A DNA stretch of 64,000 nucleotides from Heteronotia binoei (Eukaryota): the NCBI RefSeq assembly GCF_032191835.1, contig NC_083243.1, forward strand, positions 151,590,001 through 151,654,000. The letters are read 5' to 3'. Numbering within the stretch: the stretch's first letter is position 1; each line of letters starts with the position of its first letter. The translations under genes and the position numbers were made by a program. The notes under the pieces are model-generated. The model saw only the letters and a list, made by a program, of their open reading frames with translations, searched no databases and was not told the DNA's origin. Positions 50,723 to 63,968 of this stretch are shown one piece after another.

Positions 50723-51720
50723 ATGGAAGCCAAGGTGAAGAAGTTTGGTCAAGGTACCCCCCCCCCCCCCAGGGTGTGGGGGGAAAATAACCTCAGTATC
50801 TATTAACCAAGACGCGCTGGAGAAACTACAACAAATTGTAACAGAAGGATTTAAACAAAATCAGAAAGCTTTGGAGACTATGAAAGTCGACTTGATGGGT
50901 CAAATAGAAAAAACCAACAAACAGGTAGAAGAATTTCAAAAACAACTATTAGTTAATACACAGCAAATACATAACCTATCTGCCAAGGTGGAAAGAATAG
51001 AAGAAAAGGAGAAGGAAACAATTAATTTGGTGCGGGAGAACAAAGCGGCTATGACAGACTTAGAAGAAAGAATAATAAAATTGGAAATGGAGAAGGCCGC
51101 ATATATACTGCGTTTCCAAAATATTCCGGAAGAAAAAGAGGAGGATATAATGAACAAAATTCTAGATATATTAATTATAGATGAAGAAGACCTACTAGAA
51201 GAAGGAAAAAGAGACATTGATTGGGCCAAAAGAGTTTCTTCCAACTACACGAGAAAATTTAATCTACCAAGGGAAGTCCAAGTTAAATTTACCCATACAA
51301 CAACATGTGAAAAAATGTTGAAGAAAGCAAGGGAATGCGAACTAAAGTGGAAGGACGTAAGCATCAAGGTGCTCAGAGAAATACCCTGGGGAGTAAGACA
51401 AATACCGCAAACTCACATCTTGGCTACTGAAACACTCTATACAATTTAAATGGCTAGTCCCGGAGGGGATATTCTTCTTATATCAGTCTAGAAGATATAA
51501 TATAACCTCTATTGACAAGCTGGAAGACTTCTGGAGAAAATTTGTTGATTCAAGTAATGGTGAATCAGAAACAGAAACGGGAGAAGACCCAGAAGAAGGA
51601 GAAACATTGAAGAAAACAAATAAAGAAGACCTCCAGAAGATTCCAGGAGGAGTTAAAACAAGATTACAATCGAAAAGGAACTCAAGGAAAACTCCAGATA
51701 GTATTGAACCATCAAAATGA
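50723..51720 (+). pseudogene. L1 ORF1 (coiled coil, RRM-like/CTD, acidic tail), two frameshifts
   Basis: Heptad-rich LETMKVDL...IIKLE, then LRFQNIPE, PREVQVKF, KVLREIP and FKWLVPEGIFF. Frameshifts lie at the C-run near 50760 and near 51400. Confidence 0.85.
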
Positions 51721-54700
51721 ATTCAAAGACGGGATTACAAATAACTTCAATTAACGTTAACGGTTTAAATGAACCAGGAAAAAGGAAAAGGATTTTTCAG
51801 CAATTGAAAAAATTAGACTCTCAAATAATTTGTCTACAGGAAACTCATATTAAGGAAGATGACGTTAAATACTTACAAAACAGCAAACTGGGTACATTGT
51901 ACCAATCGTCAGACCCAGAGAAAAAGAAAAAAGGAGTCGCTATTTATGTGCAGAAACATATTAAATCGAACTGTTTATATTCTGATAAGTTGGGAAGAAT
52001 AATAATTATTCAATTAGAACTTAATGGCGACAAAATGATTGTCGGGAATATCTATGCTCCGAACGAGAATTTGGAAAGATTTTACAAGACGTTACATGAA
52101 AAATTAATGGAATTTGATTCAAAAAATTGTTGCATTATTGGTGGCTATAATGCAGTATTCGAGTTAGAAAAAGATAAAAAGTTTGAGGGGAAAAAAAAGA
52201 AGAAGGAAACTTCGTAGCACTCTCCCTAAAACCTTTTTGAAATTGGCTGACGAACTTAACTTGGTGGATGCGTGGAGGACCAAAAACTCACAAACGAAGG
52301 ATTATACGCACTATTCCCCAGCACATAAATGTTGGTCAAGGATCGATATGTGTTGGCTATCAGCAGACTTGATCTTGTCTCTTAACCAAGCGGACATACT
52401 ACCCAGAACTTTTGCAGACCACAATCCAATTCAGATAAACTTGTTAAAAACACAGAAAAATTTCTGTTGGACTCTTAACTTACAAATATTGAAAGAATTG
52501 AAGTTTGTAGAAAAAGCATAGAAGGAAATAAAAGATTTTTTTTATCATAATCTTAACAAAGGCTCCAAGATGCATTTAATCTGGGATGCATTTAAAGCAT
52601 TCTTCAGGGGAATCGCAATACAATACACGGCCAGGAGGAAGAGAGAACATATGAAATCATATAGTGAACTTGTAGTTAAATGTAGAAGGAACAAGAGAAA
52701 CAACAAAAGAAGAAGAACACGAAAGAGATAAGATTTAAGATTCTAACTATCCAACATCAACAGAACTTACTACTTACAGAAGAGGTGGAGAAGAATTTGA
52801 AGTGGGCAAAACAAACCTACTTTGAAAATGCGAATAAAATCAGTAGATGGCTGGCTTACAAACTGAAGAAAGAGAGAGAAAAAAAGATCATAAGGTTTTA
52901 GAAAATGAAAAGAAAGAAGAAGTAACACAAAATAACCAGATGAAAATAATTATCCAAGAATTCTATCAAAGACTATATAAAAGACAGGAAATCCCAGATG
53001 AAAGGCAAGAAGACTATATAGGAAGTGTTAATATTAACCGGATATCTAAAGAACAACGAGAGAACCTAGGAAAATAGATTACGTTACACGAAATTGCTGA
53101 AGCAATAAAATATCAAAAACAGAATAAAGCACCGGGCCCAGATGGGCTTCCTATTGAATTTTTCAAAACCTTCGAAGAAATTTTGCTAATTCCATACAAG
53201 AATCTAATAGAGGAAATTCAAGAATTTAATGAGATCCCGGCCTCTTGGCAAGAAGCGCTTATTTCTTTAATACATAAAGAAGGAACTGACCCTGTTGACA
53301 TCAAAAATTACAGACCCATTTCACTATTAAACAGCAACTACAAATTTTTTGCGACAATCCTGGCAAACAGACTCAAGAAGGTAATTACATCAGTCGTACA
53401 TGAAGATCAAACTGGGTTTGTACCAGGGAGGTTAATGAGACAAAATGTAAGATTGTTATCAAATCTGATGGAGCATTATAAACAGCACCCAGAGAAACAG
53501 TTCGCTGGGATAATGATTGATGCTGAAAAAGCATTTGACAGAGTTAATTGGAATTTTATTTTTAAATCATTAGTAGCAATGGGTTGTGGGGATAAATTTA
53601 GCCAACTAGTAAGAGCTGTCTACACAAAACAGAATGCAAGAGTTAATTTTAATGGAACCAGAACGGAACTAATTGAAATAGAACAAGGTACTAGACAAGG
53701 ATGTCCATTATCTCCACTGCTCTTTATCACAACTTTAGAATTTTTAACAAAAAAAATAAGAGACGACAACAGGATTAAAGGTACCAAAATCAAAAGTGAG
53801 GAATTTAAGATACAAGCCTTTGCGGATGATCTACTATGTATATTGGAAGATCCAATGTCATCGATAGATCAATTGAAGGAAAGATTAAAACAATACAGTG
53901 AAGTATCTGGCTTTAAAGTTAACATGCAAAAAACCAAATTCCTGACAAAAAATCTGAATAAAGAACAAATTCTACAATTAGAAATAAAATCTGGCTTTAA
54001 ATGTGAAAAGAAAATAAGATATCTAGGAATCCAATTTACAAATGACTTAAAAGATCTCTACCGTGATAACTACGAAAAAATATTAAAAGAAATCCGCTCC
54101 GATTTAAACAGATGGACGGGTCTACAAATTTCGCTCTTGGGCAGAGTTGCAACGATTAAAATGAACGTCCTACCCAGAATTTTGTTCCTCTTTCAGATGG
54201 CCCCAATTATTTTGCCAATTTGTTTCACCAACTTAATAAAATGATCGCGGAATTTATATGGCAGGGCAAGAAGCCCAGAATTAAGCTCAAAGTGTTACAA
54301 GATTGCAAATCTAGAGGAGGTTTTTCACTCCCAGACTGGAACTTATATCACAAAGCATGCTGTATTGTATGGCTTAGAGATTGGCTTACTTTAGGGAACA
54401 AAAGGTTGCTGGTCATCGAAGGAGCAGGACTAGAGAGAGGCTGGCATAACTATCTTTGGTACCAAAACCCACCTAGAGGTAGCCTTTTTCTAAGGCATGA
54501 AATAAGAAAATCTTTATTTAGGGTGTGGCTTGAGATCAGGAGCAAGTATACATATACTCCTTTATGGTTATCGCCCATAGAAGCACCCGAATCTGTTTAG
54601 GTGGGAAAGTCATAATGCGTATGAAAACTTATTAGATAACCAAAATAACTTGAAATTGGAAGAAATTAGTAAACTAGACTGGTGCTACAATGTCAAGTTA

Positions 54701-55444
54701 AGTCTAAATATCAAAATGACAAAGAGAAAGGTTTTCCCGAAAAAATCAAAATTAAATGAGTTAGACCAACTGCTGCAAATGAATCTAAAACTTATCTCCA
54801 ATGTGTATAAATGACTGCTTCAAGATAAAATGCAGGATGAAGTAGTGAAAGAAGCTTGGATAAATTGGTTAAAAGATTTTGGCTACAAGATAGAATTAGA
54901 AGAATGGGATAAAATATGGAAACAAAATCTTAAATTGACAAGATCAACGGTCTATAAAGAGAATTTATACAAAATGGCTTACCGTTGGTACCTTACCCCG
55001 ATACGATTAGCCAAGATTTATCCCGACTATTCCAATAAATGCTGGAAGTGTAAAAAAAGTAAAGGATCCATGTATCACATATGGTGGCAATATGACTATG
55101 CTAAAAAATATTGGGCTTTGATTAGCATATGGACCCAAAAAATTCTCAAAATAAATTTACCACATACACCAGAATTGTACCTCTTAGGTATTTGTAGAAA
55201 CATCCTTCCTAAGACCACCAGCAAGGTATTGTTGCCTATAGTTACTATAGCAAGAATACTTTATGCTAAATATTGGAAGACGACTATAATACCAAACAGG
55301 GAGGAATTTATTGCAAAATTATTAGAAGCCGCAGAGATGGATACGCTGACCACAAGACTACAAGAGGGTAATATGCAAAAATGTAAAGAGACCTGGAATC
55401 CAGTTTATCTTTGGGTGAAAGGTAAAGGATTAGATTTGGATTAG
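51717..55444 (+). pseudogene. L1 ORF2 (EN-RT-Cys domain), disrupted
   Basis: SINVNGLN, ICLQETH, NIYAPN, SRIDMCW, ADHNP, NYRPISLLN, IDAEKAFD, GTRQGCPLSP, FADD, YLGI, CWKC..KGSMYHIWW. Confidence 0.95.
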
Positions 55445-55872
55445 ATATGGAGTAATAGAGTTTGTAAATCGATGGACCCGAACGCTCCTTGTATGATTGG
55501 GGAGTGAGAATGTGTTTGTTGATAGGTGGGATCGTGGCTGGTATCTATGTTGTTTATGTTACTTTGTTGCTTGTTATGTTGTTATGTTATGTTGATATTT
55601 TGTAATGTTATGTGGTTTTTTCTTTCTTGTAAATAAAAGTTATCTAATTTGAAAAAAAATAAACATTTTGGCCGTCCCTGGAAGCTTAGCATTAAAATGG
55701 CACCTTCCTGTTTTAAATTTTTTTTAAAAAACACCTTGGGACACCACCCCTGCCCATAGACCAACCAGCCACCAAGCTTGCATCTTTCTGTGGGCCATCC
55801 AGAGTAGCCCAGCAACAGCAAGCCAAAGGGGGTGGGAAAGCAGGAGGAGAGGAGAGAAAGGGAAGGGTGTGG

Positions 55873-56075
55873 TGTGACCTTTATTTTCTTCCCTCACAAC
55901 AGACACCCTGTGAGGTAGGTGGGACTAAGAGAGCTCTCACAGGAGCTGCCCTTTCATGGACAATTCCTGCAAGAGCTATGGCTGACCCAAGGCCATTCCA
56001 GGAGCTGCAAGTGGAAGAGTGGGTTTCTTCCAGATAAGAGTCCGCACACTTAACCACTACACCAAACTGGCTCTC
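55873..56075 (-). mobile_element. Squam3 SINE (gecko-type subfamily)
   Basis: The minus strand reads GAGAGCCAGTTTGGTGTAGTGGTTAAGTGTGCGGACTCTTATCTGG...GGAATGGCCTTGGGTCAGCCATAGC...CACCTACCTCACAGGGTGTCTGTTGTG, matching my recollection of the Squam3 consensus. Confidence 0.85.
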
Positions 56076-56480
56076 TCTACACCAAACCGGATCTGGAGAG
56101 ACATTAGTCTTATAACCAAAGGGACAAAGCAGGGTACACTCAAGATTGTGTGATTAGAAAGTGAGAAAGTTAACCTGAAATCTAGAGCAGTTGTAAAAAG
56201 ATAAACCTTTAACATCAAGGATACCTTCAGTGAAAGTTAAACCAACTGAAGGGCAATACTGTATCTTGTGAAGTCAGTAACTTCAGACATAGTTCTGTGT
56301 TCAGTTTTAACTGTCTGCTTACATCTTCTAAATCCCCAAAACCTATGTGTATATCCCATCCCTTCCCTGCCAGCCTGTTTAAATAAACAACTTTTTAAAA
56401 ATCACTATCTGTGCCTACTGTGCCATTTTCTGAATGGTAAATTTTGACACCTGAACCAACAGCAGAGTGATTGTCCCAGA

Positions 56481-56602
56481 CAAACCTCTTTTTTTGTAGA
56501 AAAAGCACAGTAGGAACTCATTTGCATATTAGGTCATGCACCCTGACACCAAGCCAGCCAGAACTGTGTTCCTGTGTGTTCCTGCTTTAAAAAAAAGCCC
56601 TG
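56481..56602. mobile_element. Older hAT-type MITE, AAAAAAAGCCCTG family
   Basis: Right end AAAAAAAAGCCCTG and core AGGAACTCATTTGCATATTAGG. The TSD is degenerate (GTCCCAGA / GTTCCAGG). Confidence 0.6.
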
Positions 56603-57218
56603 GTTCCAGGGGAGTACTTAGTAGAACAGTCACCTCGGTCACAAATGGATTTTAAAGGCTCTAACTCTGTTAATGAATGCAGTGTTAGCCATCTAGAGAA
56701 GTAAGGTGGAAATATGAGATTGGGCTTCAAAAAATTACATAAAGTGAAGTGATAGGAACAGCTCAGAACTTTAAGGCCTCCATGATAACTATGGTGCTAC
56801 TTTAGTATATTTCTAGGTTGATGCATAGAACAGATTATAATCCACTCTATTTTACTCTGGTATCTGCTCTGGTGGAACTCAATTAGATTTAAGATTGGAT
56901 TACAATACACTCTTCATATGATTACTTCTGGAGAACACTGGGTAAAGATTGCAGCAGTTGAGCAACTTTTTGATTCTTAGAAGGATTGTAATACTTATTT
57001 TAAAGCATCACACAAATTTCCAGATAGTTTTTAGGCCCCATTTGAAAAGTTTTCTTTTAAAATTTGGCAGGCCTGAAGAGTCTAGGACCAGGGCTTCTTT
57101 TATTTGGTGATATCCTCATTATAGTGTTCTCTATTAACATAATAGAACAGTCTGAAGTGAGCAGGTATCTGAAGAGGCAGAACAGAAATCTCAATACGTA
57201 AATCAAAAATATCTTACT

Positions 57219-57400
57219 CGGGGCTTTTTTTGTAGTAGGAACTCCTTTGCATATTAAGCCACACACCCCTGATGTAGCCAATCCTCCTGGAGCTTACAGT
57301 AGGCCCTGTACTAAGAGCCTTGTAAACTCTTGGAGGATTGGCTACATCACGGGGTGTAGTTTAATATGCAAAGGAGTTCCTGCTATGAAAAAAAGCCCTG
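57219..57400. mobile_element. Palindromic hAT-type MITE
   Basis: A foldback with TIR C(A/G)GGGCTTTTTTT and a perfect 8-bp TSD ATCTTACT (57211-57218, 57401-57408). Confidence 0.92.
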
Positions 57401-60189
57401 ATCTTACTTAACAGTGACTCCAACAGTACCACCAGTTATGGCAAGGAGGAAAAGACAGTCATTTCCCACAAAATACCATTAGATGTAGATTAATATAATA
57501 ATTTTTGAGTTTTTGTAAGATGATTTGCCCAAAGTCATAGAAGAAGTCGATTCCTGAGTAATATGGAAGAGGCTGAATGCCAGATTCTGGAGGCCAACAA
57601 CAGGGAATTGCTGTCATTCACGCAACATGGTGTGAGCTGTAAGCGACATATGACTAACCACCACTGGAAACAGAATTCTGGGGCAGAAAAACCTTGATGC
57701 ACAATTGCAGAGCAATTCTTATATAGAACAGAAATAATTAAACCCTTACCCAGAAGTCCAGATACAAGACAGTCTTTCATTTTTATAGGATTTGTTTGCT
57801 TGTCCATCCACCAACTGTTGCCTACATATTGTTATCTTCATTTTTAAATACTGTTAAACTGCAGATTATTCAGAGGAGACATCCCACCCCCCCCTTGTTC
57901 TTTGTTGGAAGCAGATCCTTTGATCTGCAGCACAAATGGTGGACATTCCAGATCCACGACAGATGCAGTGTAATGCCAGTAAAATAAGCAGGGTGTCCTC
58001 CTTTAACATTTGAATGAACAGCATTATACAAGGCATATTTTTATAACCCCCTTCTGGATGCTTTTCCTGAAGGCATGTCCGAAACATCTCAGTTGCCACC
58101 ATTGCATCATGATCATTGGAGGGCATTTATTGGCTTTTCTATAAACTTCTAAGACTGTAATTGTATCTTCTTTCTTTGTGCCAAATATCAGCCAATAGCA
58201 GCTGGCTGCAAAGCTGTTCAGTCTCTCAGAGGACTGTGGTTAAAATCCATGACTCACAACCCTATGAAAGACAGCCAGGCACAATGCCTTGGAAGTGCCA
58301 AGTCCAAGTTGCCCCATGTAGCTGTTTTATACTTCAGAGCGCACACTAAGTCTGGTCTCCTGATCTTTGTGCTGGAGAAAATGCCACTCACTTGCAACAC
58401 AGAATGGAGGAAAGCAAAATAAAAAATGGGAGTCTGTTTTAAGCATTCAAGATTTAAAGAGACAGGCAAGAATTCATTTAAAGCATCTGCATTTATTTAG
58501 CTTTGGGCAATGGACTTTTACCGCATTTCTCCTTCCTCAAGCACCTCAGAGTGCCTTCCATTGCAGAATGAAGCTTCTCTGTTTCAGCAGTAGAACTCCA
58601 GCATGTGCCATCAGCCATTTCTCTGGTACCTGGATGTAATGCTTCCTCCGCATCAACCCCAAGCTCCCAGGAACAAGTTCTTTGGTATGCAGTATGTGTC
58701 TCAGTACTAGATCCTCTTGCTAGTACAACATTGCCAACTGGCTTGCAAATTCCAGGAAGAGGTTTAAGCAGCAATAGTGCAAGTCATGACTTTAACTGCT
58801 ATAGCTGAAGTGCCATCTGTCAAGCGGATGGCTTTGTCCTGTTTCCCAAGGAATGGTGGCTTTTCTCTTTTGTGCGTGTGTGTCAGCCTTTGGGGCAACT
58901 GAACACCAGAAAGGACCATGAAAAAAAGCAAGAGCAAGGGATTTCTGTCCCTTCTGCAGCAGCAAGGGGGATGTACTGGCAGACTGCTGCTCTTTTTCTC
59001 CAATCAGGCAAAAGAAAACATTTTTATAAAGTAAAGCTGATCACTAGCACATGGAATATTTCTTCAAATAAGTGTTGGTTCACCCCCAAGGGGCTCTACT
59101 GAATTCCTTTCCCTGCTTTGAGAGTACCAAAAAAGGTCCCAGGAGCTACTGCTGTCCAGTGTAAAATAAAAAGGGAAGGACTGAACAAAGAAGACATAAG
59201 TAACCAGAAGGAAGATCTTTAGGAGATTATAGGAAACATGATAGGAAAGCAGGACAGCAGAAGCCTTGTGCCTTTTTGAGTAAAATTACTCCTCCTTAAG
59301 GCCAAAAAGAATGGCTTGGCTCCAGCTATCTGTCAGCAGAGCTGCATGTGCAGTAGAGGAGGAGAGGGCAATTTCACCATATTCTTCCTCTTTATTACAG
59401 CCCCCCCCCCACATGGCTGCTATTCATAGAGGGCCCCCCTCCCAGAAATCATCTTTCCAAGGGTCAGAAGGGACTGCTGGGGAACATGGTGAAAATCTGT
59501 ACTCCTTCTACTGACAGTCTGTTGGATCCAAGCCAATATACTGTATCTTGTGCACCAGGTCTGCATGATGTCTGAGTTGTCTCTTAAAAGTTGTCACATT
59601 TTGTATGGTAAAGATGCTAGACATCTTTCATCCCCCATACTGTACAACCTTAAATTCATAACTTCATCATATGACAAAGCATGTATTTGGGCACATAAAC
59701 ACATATGAAATCATAGCTTGATTATGAACTTTAAAAGGGGGAATGCCTCAACTTTTTCTTCCACTCTCATACCCCAACAGAAAAATAAATATTTTTCATG
59801 GCTAGGTTACATATCTTTCTTTGCCCTCTTGAATCCCCAGATTCCTTGTTTGAACACCATTAATCCACATTTACATGGTTCATTCTTTGGATCTATCTAT
59901 CAGCATTAAGTTTAACTCCAGGAGATGAGTAAATACATGAGTTTGCATGACCATGTATCTATTTCTGTCTAGCAAGTTTCCTTGGGTGTCTTCGGAAATC
60001 TCATTAACTCTTTATGCTGAGTTTCCAAACTTAATACTTCATTCCAGTACTTCTTGCTGATATCACTGAGGTAATTTATACCTCACATGATATATTCATT
60101 CCAGGAATAGGGGTTGTTTTTGTAATCTTCCTCTTGATAGAAATAGTCAAAAGTATACTTTAAAGGAGAAAAAGAAATTCTGCTGAAAT

Positions 60190-60440
60190 TTCGTATTCTG
60201 TTTTAATGTCCTTATTTATATTATTTGTGTCTAGTAATATAATGTTGAAAATGCAAAGAAAATTTGCAGAAATATATAAGTATCAAGGTTCTAATGTATC
60301 TTTTATCTGAAAACTCGAGTGGCCTCCACAAGGACAGATTAACCAGAAGGACTGCAGCCTTTTTGGAAGTTAGTTTTAGGTGGGCTTCCCAGATATAGAT
60401 ATCCACTATGAAGTGGAATATAGCAAGATTTCTAGGCCTG
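60190..60440 (-). mobile_element. L2-like 3' end fragment
   Basis: A TTATTTAT tail followed by degenerate L2 3' sequence. Confidence 0.35.
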
Positions 60441-61043
60441 GGTGTCAAGGAACTGAGACCCTTGCCTGGTCTCTTGTTCTTTCAACATTGGTTTGGGCTT
60501 GGTTCTAACTCTTGGGCTAGGTTCTGACATAAACTGAATTGAAAAGTTTAAGTGGAAAATAGCTATTTCTGGGAAGATTCAACCAGATGCAGGGAGGGAA
60601 GATTCTATCTCTAATTCCCTTCCAAGACAAAACCATGACACCATGGTAGCCAATTAACCACATTCCATTCAATTATGATTGGACATCATGATTTGCACCT
60701 GTGAGAAATCATTGGACTAGTCTGCAGATAGCTCCCCCCATTCCATCCTTAGGTCACATACTTAGTAACAGGTCATACTAGCACTGACATCATGAGCCAA
60801 AGTTCTGATTGGTTTATGATCCCAAACCATGTTGGATCCTTTTGTTAATCTTTTCAATTAGCAACTGGCAAGGCATGAGTAGCCTCTTGCACCTTGATTT
60901 TGGATGCATTCTTTGAAAACTGCTTTACACTCTGCCCATGCAAACTCTGGAGAGAGCTGGACTTTGCTTTGGAATGGTAACTTGTATTCTTGTTTTGAAC
61001 CAATACCTTACTGTGTATTGTCTCTTATTAGATTCTATCTCTT

Positions 61044-61461
61044 ATTGCACCCCCCCAGATGGAAGAAAGAGACGGATACAAGGGTTTGGGTAACTAAAGG
61101 GCCACTTTCTTTCTTTATTACATGAACACAAGGGCTAGAAACATAACCAGCAGCACGGCAGGGCCAGGGGACGAAATACCCCTCCCAAGCCGCATAATGG
61201 GCGAGCCACCCTGCCCCTAGGTATAGCCAAAATGCATGTCTCGTACCCAGCCGGCCTAGCAAAAGTTATGCCCTGGTGTTCCAACCCCCAGCCGCATGCC
61301 TAACAGGCGAATCAATCCATGCAAACCCAAGGCAGTCCGCTTCATCACTCAACCGGCCTGCACAGTCCAGGAATGATTTAGCGAGACCCCGTGCCCCAAA
61401 ACTGCGGTGCTACAGGTGCTCACCAAGCTGCATAATGAAAGTTTAGGCCAAAACCCAGCCA
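61044..61461 (-). repeat. Ngaro terminal direct repeat B2
   Basis: A diverged direct copy of 61822-62227 (for example AAGGGTTTGGGTAACTAAAGGGCCA, ATCCATGCAAACCCAAGGCAGTCCGCTTCATCACTCAACC). Confidence 0.9.
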
Positions 61462-61821
61462 ACCTGAAAAGTGACCAACCTATTTAACCAGCTACACCTC
61501 AGCCAATTCCACAATCCCTTCTACAAGCAATGTGATGTAGGCAAAAAACACCACTTGCAACAGCCAAAATAGAAGTGGTGAAAAAATTCCTACCGGGTCC
61601 CCCAAAACTGAGAGCAACCAGCTATCACCCACACTGCATCAAGGGTGGGAGGGAGGGCCGAGCATGAGGTGAAGAATGAGAGGAGGGAGCAGAGCCCGCC
61701 ATTAGGGCGTGCCTGCTCCGCCTCCACCCCTGATGATGCCTTGCCCGCTCCTCCTCCTTGCGAGGAGGCAAAATGGCCCCCAGACGCAAGGCTGTGCTGC
61801 CTGCCTCTGGATGAGAGCCGC

Positions 61822-62227
61822 ATTGCCCTCCCAGATGGAAGGAAGAGACAGACACAAGGGTTTGGGTAACTAAAGGGCCATTTTCTTTATTTATTACATT
61901 AACACAAGGGCTAGAAACATAACCAGCAGCACGGCAGGGCCAGGGGATGAAATACCCCTCCCCTGCCACATAACGGGAGAGCCACCCTGCTCCTAGGTAT
62001 ACTTAAAATGCATGGCTCATACCTGGCTGGCCTAGCAAAGGTTATGCCCTGTAGTTGCAACCCCCAGCCACACGGCTAACGGGCGGATCAATCCATGCAA
62101 ACCCAAGGCAGTCCGCTTCATCACTCAACCATCCAGGAATAATTTAGCGAGACCCCGTGCCCCAAAACTGGGGTGCTAGAGATGCTCACTGAGCTGCATA
62201 ACAAAAGTTTAGGCCAATACCCAGCCA
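61822..62227 (-). repeat. Ngaro direct repeat B1
   Basis: Paired with 61044-61461. The spacer 61462-61821 is the predicted A2 repeat, whose A1 partner would lie beyond 64000. Confidence 0.9.
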
Positions 62228-62229
62228 CC

Positions 62230-62829
62230 GCGAGGCCAAGTCTCTGCTTAGGCAGCTGCGTCCAGTAAATGCCCAACACTTCTTTAAGCCCCAGTTTCAA
62301 GTCCTCTAAAAAGGCGTCATTACCCTTGTCCGAAAGATGTATGCCATCGTTGCTGTATAAATCCGCGCAATCAGCCCAGATCCCAGGGTGAGGAAGAAAG
62401 TGGCCCAAACCCTCCTTTGACGGCTTTTTAAAGTTCTAAATTGGCTTTGCGGCGAGCTCTCTCAATTGCCCGTGGGTCCCATGCCCCACGTCATCATGGA
62501 CGACCACACGATTAAAGCTTGCAGCCAACGTCTCTTGATGACTGTAAAGTCATCTTTGGCCTGCAACACAAGGGCTTTTCCCTTGAGCAGGCCTAAATCA
62601 TTACCACTCAGATGAATCACCACAACATGTGGCGGCAAAAGTGAACATCTTCGAACAATAGGGGCAATAGGCCTGACCAATGGAGACCCCGCCGTCCACG
62701 CCATTCAATGGTAGCCCACTTGCTGAGCCCCAGCTGTGACCCGTCCAAAGTCCTCCTGGCCCAAAGGGCAGCCCAAAACACGAAGCTGTGTCCACACATG
62801 AGGACACGTCGTCTCTCTCCAAGGACCAT
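62230..62829 (-). pseudogene. Ngaro SGNH/GDSL hydrolase ORF, frameshifted
   Basis: Block I LMCGHSFVFW, block II EWRGRRG, block III VIHLSGNDL, block V NDGIHLS. Confidence 0.85.
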
Positions 62830-62884
62830 AGCAATGAATAACAATGAATAACATAGCCCCCTAATAACGTGATGCCAGTTACTG

Positions 62885-63172
62885 CACTGCAAGAGGGCGA
62901 ACATAGCCCTTATAGGCCGAGGAATGCCACCTACCAAGCTTCTAAATGGAAGGCGGGGAGTACCCCAGGGCAGCAGCAGTAGATGCTGCTCCAATACGGA
63001 AGGAATGGGTGCTGAACTTAACTCCTGACAGGCCCAGCATAGCAAGGGCCTTGCACGTCACTGTCCAAAACTGATGCTTCATCAGGGGACTGCAGTCCCT
63101 GTGACGGAACAACAGGCTGGTACCCAAACCACGAGCAACCATGTAGCGCATTAAAGCCCTCTGTCTTCTCAT
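62885..63172 (-). pseudogene. Ngaro tyrosine recombinase, C-terminal remnant
   Basis: LFRHRDCSPL, THSFRIGAASTAA (HxxR), and after a frameshift RWHSSAYKGYVRP (catalytic Y region). Confidence 0.88.
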
Positions 63173-63968
63173 AGGCTAGAGGAACACCCAGCTCCACCGA
63201 CTGTGCTGCAAAGACCGCCATCAAATGGGCACACTGGATGGAGCCTAAGGGGCCCGCAAACAGAGAGTCAACCAGGTAATGCACCACATTGCTCAAACGA
63301 GCCCTGTGGCACACCATCTATTCTAAAAAGGAGCTAAAGCGCTCGAAGTCCGCACAAGAAACAGAGCTCCCCATGGGCAGGGCCCTGTCCATGTAAAGCC
63401 ACCCTTCAAAATGAAAACCCAGCAATTCAAAATCCAAAGGGTGAACCAGTAGGAGGCGAAAGGCAGACTTTACGTCGCACTTTGCCAACTCAGCCCCTAC
63501 CCCACAGCGCCTTACCATCTGCACCACTTGGTCAAAAGATGTGTACTGCACAGTACACAAATTTTCTGGTATGGCGTCATTCACCGATTCCCTATGGGGG
63601 TAAGATTCCCCACGGGGGTAAGATAAATGATAAATCAATCTGAACTCTCCTGGGGCCTTTTTAGGCACAAGGCCCAACGGGGAGACCCTCAAGGTACTCA
63701 CAGGGGGTGTGGAAAATGGGCCAATCACCCTACCCTCGGCTAATTCCTTCCCAATCTTCTGACGAACTATGTGCTCCATCCCTATAACTGACTTCAAGTT
63801 ATTGGCCATAAACGGCTCTCTGGGGCCCTGAAAAAGAATTCTAAACCCGAACTTAAAATCATTTAACAAATAAAGCCGATCTTTATCCTTTGGATAATCA
63901 CGGAGCCATGCCTCAAGCACTGTCACCCTTATTGGGCTGGGACCCTTTACCAAATGGCTTATCTGCAC
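63170..63968 (-). pseudogene. Ngaro reverse transcriptase, truncated after EKTEG (RNase H deleted)
   Basis: VSPLGLVPKK.PGEFRLIYHLSYP, AKCDVKSAFR, LPMGSSVSC, HYLVD (YLDD degenerate), LGVPLAYEKTEG. Confidence 0.9.

Larger units (their letters stand above)
48838..55659 (+). mobile_element. Full-length L1 LINE (6.8 kb)
   Basis: A perfect 19-bp TSD TAAACATTTTGGCCGTCCC (48819-48837, 55660-55678), a T/A junction matching L1 endonuclease preference, AATAAA at about 55632 and a short poly-A. Confidence 0.97.

Noticed and set aside
50755-52200. Programmed frameshift sites in the L1 ORFs
   Set aside because: Two of the shifts fall in homopolymer runs (C-run near 50760, A-run near 52190) and are better explained by mutation or sequencing error.
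56020-56075. tRNA gene
   Set aside because: It is the tRNA-derived head of a Squam3 SINE, with box B deleted and no cloverleaf.
61044-62227. CRISPR-like or LTR pair interpretation of the direct repeats
   Set aside because: There are only two copies of about 410 bp, both downstream of the ORFs with no TG...CA ends. This fits Ngaro split direct repeats.
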